From: Raillietiella orientalis
Lineage: Eukaryota
Direction: 5' to 3'
DNA: 64,000 nucleotides
Assembly (NCBI GenBank): GCA_036172245.1
Contig: JAYWIR010000030.1
Location: 2,480,001-2,544,000, forward strand
Shown: positions 54,422-64,000 of the stretch, piece by piece
Layout: the number at the start of each line of letters is the position of its first letter
Position numbering within the stretch: position 1 is the stretch's first letter
Notes under the pieces: generated by a model
What the model was told of the DNA's origin: nothing
Database searches by the model: none
The model's input: only the letters and a program-made list of their open reading frames with translations
Program-made: the position numbers and the translations under genes

Positions 54422-55643
54422 AATTCCGTAATCTTTTCCAAACTATCGCTAAAATTTCCAATACGTGCAGAATGTGTACACGCATGTACAATACAAAAGA
54501 AAAAAAAACCGGGAAAAATGGAAAAAATACGTTTTTTTCAACCAGCATGTAGCCAGTAGATTTTCTAGACAAAGAAAGTCGAATAGTCGTCATCCTTAGT
54601 TTGTCGAATGATCGGGTGACACGCCTAGTGCGAACTAATACAAGGCATGTTGAGCGTCAAGCAAATGACTTGGAAGCAGCCAAACTTCCTAACAGAGGTG
54701 CCGTGTAAGAGCAGAGCAGTCAGAGCTACAGGGACACAGAACGCTGGCATGATCCGTTTATGATAGACAGCCTGGTGAAGATCTCCCCATTGAAAAGACA
54801 GCCAGTATGTTCAGCATGGTGCCCTTGGGATTTTTGAGGTCTCTCCATTGCACCAGCACGTCCATTTGTCGTGGATCACAACAACTGCGGCCTACGACAG
54901 CGTGGACGCAAATGCGTTAGGAACAGGTCCTAAGCGCAAACCGTGCAGGCGCTATGAGATCGGAGCCTGAAAAGCTGAAAAAGTGACCGAAAAACAAAAA
55001 AAAACTTTTTGACTCGTTCCACGTAAAGAGGCTTTCCAGTTTCTTCTAAACTACGTCAAAGGAAAAAAAAGGAGAGAAGACAAGATCCATTAATCCACTC
55101 GTTCTCATTTTGCACGCGCCCTGCAGTTACCGACCACTTTCATCCACGGTTCGCTTCGGCTCTGCAAAGTAAGCAGAAAATGAAAGCACTTATAATAAAA
55201 AGAATCTGCATACGATTGTTTGCTTCTTCGACTTCGAGTTTTCTTGCCATCTGAGAAGAAAATATCAAGATTCGAGAGCACAGAGCCTGGAGAGAGGATT
55301 TGCATGCTGCTAAAGCACATGCTTATTATTCTTTGATATGAACGATTTATTATGAGCAAAATAGGGATATAAAGATTCTGAACCGCCTCGCATTCGTCAC
55401 ATTCGTTATGTGGGATCTGAATGACGACGAGTAGTGCACGAACACTGTCTGGGACCATAAGACGATGGGATGGAGTTGGAATCTGCGATCCTAGGTGCAG
55501 TGTGTTGCGGTCAAACGACACTCATGAGAGCCACAGTCCATTTCAGCTTCTCGGGCAAAAGACGGAACAAATCACAGAAAAAAGATAACACTGTATAAGC
55601 AGAACGAAAGGCTGCGGGAAACAGAATCTCCCGATGCTCTCTT

Positions 55644-58600
55644 TCACACATTCCAGATGAGGAGATGGTTGAGAGAATCGTTGAGTCCTTCGTTTTCAGT
55701 GGGGGTGCTCAGAAAATTCTCGAATCCTTCACCCCCGGAAATAACGAAAATCTTGCTCTGAGAATCTGCAGCTTCTTTTCTCCGAGAGTCTCTTGGATAC
55801 GTCTTGGACGCCTTCGATATCGAGGCTGGGCACATTTCCACGCAAGTTAGGAACCGCACCTGACCGGCGTGACCTTGTGTGATCCCTGCTTTTTAACCAA
55901 AGAGCACACATGTACTGTCGAGGAGAGAAACAGAAGATATCGACGCGTACCTGACAACCGCAAGGTATTTTCTCGCATTGCATCCGATGAACTGGAGAAG
56001 CACGGATACTCCGCATTGAGTATGACCCCGGAGGACGTCCCTATCCACAAGACACTCTTGCAGAAGAGAAGAGAGGTGATGCGCAAACACTCCATCTTAT
56101 GCTGCCGGATGATTGGATCATAAGCTGAAAACAAGAACATGTCTAGTTTACTGTTGCTATTGATCAGACCAGACCAGATCACTCTACATGTTAATAATAC
56201 CAAGAACGAGCAGGACCGTTTCGTGCTCATTTCTCCCGAACACAAATGAAAACAAGACGCAGGAGTTTCAGGGATTCATCAACTGAGCGAATGCAGCATA
56301 GAGACTGCAACAGCGGGAGATTCGAAAACTGAGCCAATACCTTCCAGACTAAGATTACCCTTCCCACCAAACAGTATTCTTAAAACTCAAAGCCTCCGGA
56401 CGTGATTAGCTGTCCCCAATGCCTCCACCTTCCCACTGCTAATGCTCTACCTGAAAGCATTCTGTTCTACGGCTTCCAAGCAGTCCACCCGAAACAGAAT
56501 AACCACTTTCAACCAAGTGTTCCTTTCATCTGTTTTCGAAGAACGGTTTGTCAGTCTTTTCTGCTTTTGCCTAGCTGCATTTCTATCAATCCTACAAGCC
56601 ACTGCAACCATTCCTAGACTCCAAGATAACCGCGTGGGATTCCGGAGAGTAAAGAAGATGCGAAAAATCCCAAGATCTCCAATTGAAGAACCAGTAAAAA
56701 GGATGGGAAAAGCAGCCCCTCAGAGTTCATCCGAGAGGTACAGCGACAAAATCTATCTCTACTGTTTGAAGGAGCGTGTGTGTCCCGGTTCCATTGCTCC
56801 TCCCAGTCCTATTATCCGATCAACTTACCTGGAAAGCGACTACAGTCGGCTGACGCACCACTCACTTCCGAGCACAGGCCCGGCATTGTGGTGTTGCAAG
56901 AAAACACTAGGTGACTAAGGTGACTGCCTGCCGACAGGGAACACGACGGGACGCGTGAATGAACCGAGTTGTATACTTTTGGAGAGTAATCGGAGTCATT
57001 TGTTGGAAATGCTCCAGTAGTAAGAAAAGCTACTGTCAATTAGGCAGAGGTTGTGAGGAGTAAAAGAAATGGGAAGACGGAAGTTTCCGGAAGCATTCTG
57101 GGAGCACCAATCGCTTGCCAGAAGGTTGAAGTGAGTTTGTGATGGTAAGACAGGCTGGCGGAACTGCAAATCACTATCGCATTGTCGAAAAAATCTTTTT
57201 GCGCGACGTGTGGCAGTGGATGGGGATGCTGCTGAACATCTCGACGTGTAAACTCGAGATAAAATTCACTGCTGCTGGAGGGACTGTGAAAAAAAATGAA
57301 TGGATCGACGGGGACTTCCAATCTTCAACTCCTGTGATGGTGCAGAGAAACCTCTCTTATGATCGGTTGGTGACTTGCCTGAAAGCGAGTGTCTTCTAAC
57401 ACGGAATGCGATCGTGGAGACTGGGAACGGTTTGGTGCTTCAAGAGCCCTGGTTAGGAGCGAAAGCTCTCCGTAGGGCAAAGGAGGAGGATTGGTCGTTT
57501 AGCACCGCCGTGGCACGCCTACACGTTTCAGGAAGTGCTAAGGGAAGAAAGAGGGGGGAGCGTTTATCCCGATGAGTTACATCTCGATCGGCTATGGGAT
57601 AGGCCCGTTGTAAAGACTCCCCACAAAGATCGGGAACGTAGCTGTGGACAGGAAGCAGTGGAATTTCTCAGGATCAGAGAGACGTGTGCCTTACGGCGAG
57701 TCAGGAGCCTCAGTGAAGACGAACATTCGCATGTAAATGCCTGCCCCTCCTTTCTCTTGAGAGGAGTGCAAGGGTGACCAGAGCAAAGGTGACGGACGGC
57801 AACGAGTCCAACCCGGAAGAACGAGGAAGCGGACCGGCGACTCAGCATGGCGGCAGTCGAGTGAGGAAGGAAGGACACATGGGAGATTCTCTAGGCTGCT
57901 GCGGGGAGGATGGGCGAAGATGGGCTTTCGCGGTGGGTCGGTCAACCCTCGGGGAGAGTCAGGAACTGTGCGAGCCAGACTGCAGACGGGCGCGCATCGG
58001 CGCGAGCACCGATGCCCTCGGCAACACGGAACTGTGCTGCTGCTGAGACCCCGAGGATCCGAAGGCGCTGCTGCTGCTCAGCAGTACTAACGAGAGATGA
58101 AGGGAGGGGGAAAAGGAGATGCCGCGTTTTCTGAAGCCGCCGCCATCTTCCAGGCCTCACCAACGCACCTTCAAGAGCAATCGTGGCCACGGGAGCGACG
58201 TCGACCTTGATCAGGAATTCGAAGGTTATCGCGTGGTACAGGTGGATGAAGGTCGACTTCTTCAGCGACACCCAGATTCCCAAACCACCGGAGCAGATAC
58301 ACCGGACTTCTTCCCCAAAATCCATTTCCGGTCGGCAGGCGTGCTGGGGAGGAGGAAGAAAGATCTCGAAAGCCCGCAGGCGCAGCGGCGATGCTCACCA
58401 CGATCTGAAGGGAGTGGAAACTCAGGATTTTGATTTGGTTGGTGCACCCGCACCAGATGTTCCAGGTCGTGTTGACCAGCTTGTCCACCGGGATCTCCTG
58501 CTCATTCAAGGTCACCATCACGGGTTTCTGCGACATCCACGAACCGCCTGGGCGGCCCCGGTTCGTCCCCCGAGCGGAGACCGGAAGCCCGCGGCCGCTT

Positions 58601-61600
58601 ACCGTGGTCCCTCTCGTAGACCGCCAGCTTGCCGTTGGCCAGGCCGACGAAGATTTTGTTGTCCACGGACCTGGAAGCAGGTGGGGGCGGGCGCCGTGAG
58701 GAAGGCGTCCCGTGCCCGCGCGGGCGCGTCCCAGGTCAGGGAGCATCCCTGCGGCTCGAAGACAGGGAGGACTGGACTTTCCGCCCCAGGACAGAGGGCC
58801 TCGGTCGAGCAAGGAGGGGGGAGTCCTGCGTCCCTTCCGCAAGATTAGTGGGAACTGGGTTCCCCAGGAGGAACGCAGCCGAGAGCCCCTGGTCTTCTCA
58901 ACCGCGGTCGTTGCGACCTTCGCCCCTACCGCGGATAGAGCTTTCCCTCCCCACGGCGGGCCCCCAGGACTTGCATCCTCGATCTACTCCTGCCTGCCTT
59001 GGTCAGGACGAGTGTTGTTCCAGATCTCCTCCTCAGAAATCCCTTCCCGGAGGGTCTCCAGGAGAGCGGAATGAGGGAATAGGGAGAGAGTGGCGCGCGC
59101 CCCGCTCCGGGAATGTAGAGCCCGCAAGGTGCCATCACCCTCCCACTCCGTCCCCTCTGCCACTTACAGGATGCACCTCGCGCTGGCATCGTGCTGCAGC
59201 CTGAGGCGGTTCTTCCTGGGGCGGATGCTGCCCGCGCAGTTGTAGATGTACACGGATCCGTCCTCTGTCCCTATCCACATGCTGCAGGAGTTGACGTCCA
59301 GGTAGCTCCCCAGGGAGTAGGAACGGGGCGAACCCGACTGGATGGACCCCCTCCGGCGACTCCGGAAGGACACCGCGTCGTCTTCCTCGGTAGAGGAGCT
59401 GGCGGAGAAGGCAAGAGAGAGAATGAGTGGCAGCGGATGGGGAGCGCGGGGCAGACGGGAGGGAACGCCGGAAAGGGAACCGACCTTTCGGGTCCCGAAA
59501 AGAGATCCGCGCAGCCCCGGGGGGCGCTCCAGAGGTCGAGGTCCTCGCGGACGACGACGCCGTGGCCAGGGTCAAGGGTGAAGCGCACTCGAAGGGTGTC
59601 TTAGAGGCATGCTCACCGAGAGAGGGGGAGGAGGGTCGGCGGGAGAGGAAGAAGAACTCCAAAAGGTCACCTGTCGAGGTCGAGGCTGGTCAGCATCTCG
59701 TCGGCGGTCTGCGAGTGGTCCGTCTCCTTGTCATTGAAGCTCTGCCGCTTCGCCTGCAGCCTGCGGATGAGATGGGTCAGTTCCCGGGTAGCCCCGCGGG
59801 CCGCCTCCCGGCCAACGACCACGGGGAGGCAGGGGGGGGGGATTCCGTGCTGGGGACAAGCGGGAGGGGTAGCAGTGACCTGTGTTTGAGAGGTGGAACG
59901 CAGCACATGCAGAGTATCTGGGAGGTGCACAGCCCGATGCAGGAGGTCAAGGTCGGCTCGGGTTCCAAGCTGATGATGCACACCTGGAATGCTGCTCTCA
60001 TGAAAATCCGAATGATGGAGGACGCCCGTGGGCATCGAGGCCGGCGGCGGGGAGCGGGGCGGGCTGGAGTCAGAAGCGGGGTGAAGCGGTCACTCCGCCT
60101 CCGGACGGAAGCGACCCCTCTCCCCGTTTTTTTCTTGCACGGCGACGCCTTTGGCGCCTTCCCCCGAGGGCTTGCCGACCGCTTCCTTTGCCTCCCCCTC
60201 CCCTCAGGCAAGGAAGGGTCCCTGGAAGGGAGGAGCGCGAGGGAGGCCGGGAAGGGAAGAGGCTGCTGCTTGCGAGTCTCCTGAGAGCCCGAGGGTGGTA
60301 GTGGTCGCGCGCCCGAGGCTATGCCGGGGGAGCCAAGCGAAGCGCCCTTCCTCAGCCGCCGAGCACACATGCTCCCCGCCCCCGGGACGGGAAGGTCCGC
60401 CTTGCCGTCTGCGTTCCCCGGGATTTTTCCCCGCCCCTGGAGAGTTCCGCCGGCCTTCGAGCGACCTACCTGACCCATGTAGAAGTCACTGCTACATATC
60501 CAGAGGTCCCTGTTGCGGGGCCCCGAGGTAGTGGCCGCGGCGCACACGAAGCGCAGGCTGGCCCTGGTCTTGGACATGCGCAGGGGGTGCAAGAACTCAG
60601 GAGGCTCCCTCTTGCGGACAAACAGCTCTGGGGGAAGACGGGCCGTGTGGGAGAGGAGAGAGAGAGGAGTCCCCTCGTGCGCACCTGACTTCCGCTTGAC
60701 CTCCAGGAAGGCGTCCTCCCACTCGTTCCTGCGTTCGGAAGACAGGAAGGTGACCGGGAGATTCTCGACGTCCCCGTTTCTGGAAGGGCAGTAAAGAGTG
60801 AGAGCGCTATGGGCGCGGGACCGTCCGTCCCGCCAGCCTCTGGCGGACCCCGTCGCGGTCGCGCCCCACTTCCGCCTCAGCGAGGCGTCCCGTCCTCCGA
60901 GGCGTCCGAGAAGGCGGGCGTGGGCGGGGCTTCCCCTTCCACCCCTGCGCGCGCGCCTCTGTGGACGCTTCGCCGCCTTCCGGGCCCCGGGGTGGGGCGT
61001 CGCGGACCATGCGGGAAGCGGAAGGGGGAGAGAGCTGCGGTGCCATGCCCCAGCTCCCCTTTCCTCTCACAGTCCCCTCCAGGGCCTGGGGAAGTGGCCC
61101 CTCCCAGCAGAGAGAGAGTTTTCCCGGAAGCAGATCGCCGTAGATCTACCGGTCGAGTCCCTTCCAGCCCCGCGGAGGGCTCCCTCACTTGGACGCCGGC
61201 CCTGGACAGCCTCCCCGGCAGGAGGCTGCCCTCCCGTCCGCCCCCGCACTCACCGCGTGGAGACGGACAGGTGGAGGCTCATCAGCTGCGAGTGGAGGCT
61301 CTGCCGGTCGGCCAGCTGCCGGTTCAGATCGGCGAGGAGGTCCCTCAGACTGTCTTCCAGGCCGGCGTGTGGGGAGTGCAGCTTGGCTTTCAGCTCCAGG
61401 ATCTTCAGAGCGGTGCTGATGTCCTCCTCCAGGAGCTCGATCTCGTGCAGCTTCCTCGGTAGGTTTTCCTCCCTGCCTGCAAAGGAGAGAAGCGGGATGT
61501 GGAGGGAGCCCCGAGTTCCCACAGTCTGTCTCCATCTCCCACTCGTCCCGGAGAGGGAAGGAACCTGCCGTGAAGCACTGCAAGTGGATGCGAGGGAGAC

Positions 61601-63445
61601 AGGGCCTTCGTTCCCGAGGGACGGAGCTCCCACTCCTTCTCCAGACGGGGGAGCACAGCTAAGAGCGGAGGAAGGGGAGGAGCCTCCCTCGTTCTCGGAG
61701 ACGCAATAGGTAAAGGGGGGTGGGACAGGGAAGCGTACCTTCGCGGAAGAGCGCGACCTGCCCACTTACTCTTGACCAGCATCAGGTCCTCCAGGCGCAG
61801 CTTCATGAGCAGCTTGTACTTGTGGCCGCAGGGGGACGGGTACACCTCGGGCGACGTGCTGGAAAGAGGCAGCAAGGGAGAGCGGTTGCCGCGGGGACGG
61901 ACCCGCCCACCCCGCTCCCGGAGCGCACCTGCAGATCTTCCTCATCGAAGTGCTCTTCCTCCTGACGCTCGTCACGAGCAGCAGGTCCGAGAAGAGGAAG
62001 AGGCACCGGTCCTTGCGGATGCCCAGGTTACCCGGCATGGTCACCAGGTCGCATCGCACGAAGATGCGGTCTGACTTGACCAGATCCTCCAGTCCGTCGA
62101 CCATCGACTCGATTTCGCGCAGCACCTCCATCTGGCGGAAGTTCATCTGCTCAATCTGGTTGATCTGCAGGGCCATACGGTGGACTTCCCTCTGGGCCTG
62201 GAGCAGCAGCTCATAGTCCGGGTGGCGTGGATCGGTGTGCTTCAGGAGCATCTGGGGATAGCAGGCGGGCGTTCGGCCGCGTTGACGTCATCGTGGAGGG
62301 AACAGGAGGGCAGGAGGCAAAAGGGGGGGGGAGCGGAGAGCGTCGCCGATCCCTCTCCCTCCAGAGGATCAAAGGTCCAGTCTCCCTCTCCGGCAAGGCG
62401 GAGGCCGACGCGCTGTCCTAGGGCCACCCGCCCCCTGCTCCGCCTCTCCGAGAATGAGGCGTCCCTCCTTCCTGGTCGGCTGCCTCCCCAGGAAGCGAGG
62501 AGAGGTCAGCTAGCCGCCATCACGAGCAGAGCCTTCGCCTTGCCAGAGGCGGTGCACGGAAGATGGGATCCGGGGAGGTCGCTGCGCCCCCTCTGCTGTG
62601 TCCTCGCCCCCGCCGCAGCTGGCGCCTGGGCCCCGTCGCGCGAGACTCCGTGGGTCGAGGACGCGCTTCCGGTTCCGCTTCGAGACGCCCGTCCGACTGG
62701 ATACCACGACCATCCTCCGGTCCTTACCGCGCTCTATCCTCTGCAAGAGGGCGCTCGGGCAGCTCCCTCGGAAGAGACCGGACGCGAGGCGCTTAGGTTG
62801 CCACACATCTGGTCGATCCCCGGGAACCCTAAGCTCCGAGATCACCCCTGAAGCATCGCCTACGCGTCTTCCCGGCGACGCCAGCATGGTCGCGCCAGGA
62901 AGCATCCGGGGACAGCGGGGAGGAGGCAACCAGGCAACCATACCTTGAGCAGAAGCTCGTATCTGGGGATCCTCTGCACCGGCATGATGAGCAGCGAGTC
63001 CAGCGTCAGCCTGCCTTTGTGCTCCCTCGCTTTGATCTGAAAGACGTCCAGAATGGAAGGAAACGCCAAGCCCTTCTCCACCCCCGCGGCGTCCAGAATC
63101 ATCGCGATCGAGCGCGGAAGGCGGAGAGGTGAGCGGGGACAGGGAGGGAGGGATATTTTTGTGACTCACGTCCAAGAACCTGGTGAACGCGGGATTGCTA
63201 TGGGAGACGAGCTTTATGGATTCCTTGGTTTTTTTCCAGTTGCAGATGAAGCAAGTGTACGAGCTGATCAGATCCGGCCGAGTGAACTGGAAAGAAGAAA
63301 AACTTTCGGGAATCCTCGAGATGAGTCCTGACTTGGTCACCATGGCCACGAAAATGTCACCCAGGTTCTGCTCCTTGTCCCAGCTCTCGACCCTCTCTAT
63401 CAGGGTGTTGAAGAAGCATTTGTGATACTGCAAGATCGCCGGTAT
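55644..63445 (-). CDS. ARHGEF17: Rho guanine nucleotide exchange factor 17-like (DH-PH + WD40-like), 5'-partial
   Basis: Exons approx. 63445-63341, 63286-63170, 63036-62944, 62251-61929, 61858-61770, 61476-61254, 60779-60685, 60627-60470, 59983-59880, 59760-59671, 59398-59167, 58670-58603, 58547-58399, 58343-58169, 56124-55951, 55886-55644. Motifs: LLIMPVQRIPRYELLLK, KDRCLFLFSDLL, LWICSSDFYMGQVC, MWIGTEDG, LWIGTSSGV, GHAGQVRFLT, VISGGEGFENF..DSLNHLLIWNV*. The start of the DH domain lies beyond the window. Confidence 0.92.
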
Positions 63446-64000
63446 CTGGAAAGTACGCGTTTGGCCACAGACTCCGGCCGAGACATCCAAGAGCAACCCC
63501 GCCCAATTCCGGATAGCTCATCCAAGAAACCGCAGCCTGGGATTCACACTCCCCTCGGACCCTGTCCTGGGCGCGCTTCCAAATCGACCCTTAGCGAGCC
63601 GAGTGGTACAGAACTACGATCCCTTTTCCTCGCGCCCAAACGCTCGACTGGCGCCCCGACAATGAGCCGGCGCGCACAGAAAACAAGAATCGCGCTGGCC
63701 GAAAGGATGTCGCTTGCGAAGCAGGAGCAGGAGGCGCTCCGGGGCCTCTCAGAGAAAGCGCCAGGCTGGCGTTCGGCTCACGCAGGCGCGATCCCCTCCT
63801 TCCCTCCGACGGAGCGAACCCCTTCGCCAAGACACGTAAGGACACTGATCCTTCCCTGTGGCGATGGCTGAAACTGACCAACGAGGGATGTTCTTTCGTG
63901 ACCGAATCCACGGGGGAGGAGAAAGTCTGCTGGCCGGAATGAAGATAGGCCACGGAAGCTGCAGAAATACGGAATGCAAATGCGCGAAGCTCTTCAGGAG

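Noticed and set aside
63879..63958. Possible additional ARHGEF17 exon (AYLHSGQQTF..HPSL)
   Set aside because: Has splice-like ends but does not match the expected DH-domain sequence; left unassigned.
57500..63980. Long + strand and intron-spanning ORFs (e.g. 59427-60284, 60798-61709)
   Set aside because: Antisense shadows of GC-rich ARHGEF17 exons and introns; low-complexity R/P/G content.

Overview
Eukaryotic DNA from a compact invertebrate (arthropod-like) genome with very short GT-AG introns (mostly 39-57 nt). An AT-rich housekeeping cluster (about 12-34 kb) holds MRPL39 (-), RPS5 (+), XPR1 (-), GNB1L (-) and RPL34 (+). A GC-richer block (34.6-44.2 kb) consists of decayed Tx1/L1-type LINE copies in opposite orientations. 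It is followed by a small BLNK/CLNK-like SH2 adaptor gene (+, 47-48 kb) and the 3' part of an ARHGEF17-like RhoGEF gene (-, 55.6 kb to beyond the window end). No recognisable gene was found in 1-11.7 kb or 48-55 kb. The most unusual items are an unclassified, highly structured ~175-nt GC-rich element with an upstream TATA and a 33-bp minisatellite between GNB1L and XPR1, convergent RPS5/XPR1 stop codons only 18 nt apart, several near-perfect pre-miRNA-like hairpins, oversized ribosomal-protein introns that may host snoRNAs, and a mosaic CpG-depletion pattern. I could not establish a new biological system from sequence alone. Gene models were spliced by hand and family calls rest on recalled motifs, not database searches.
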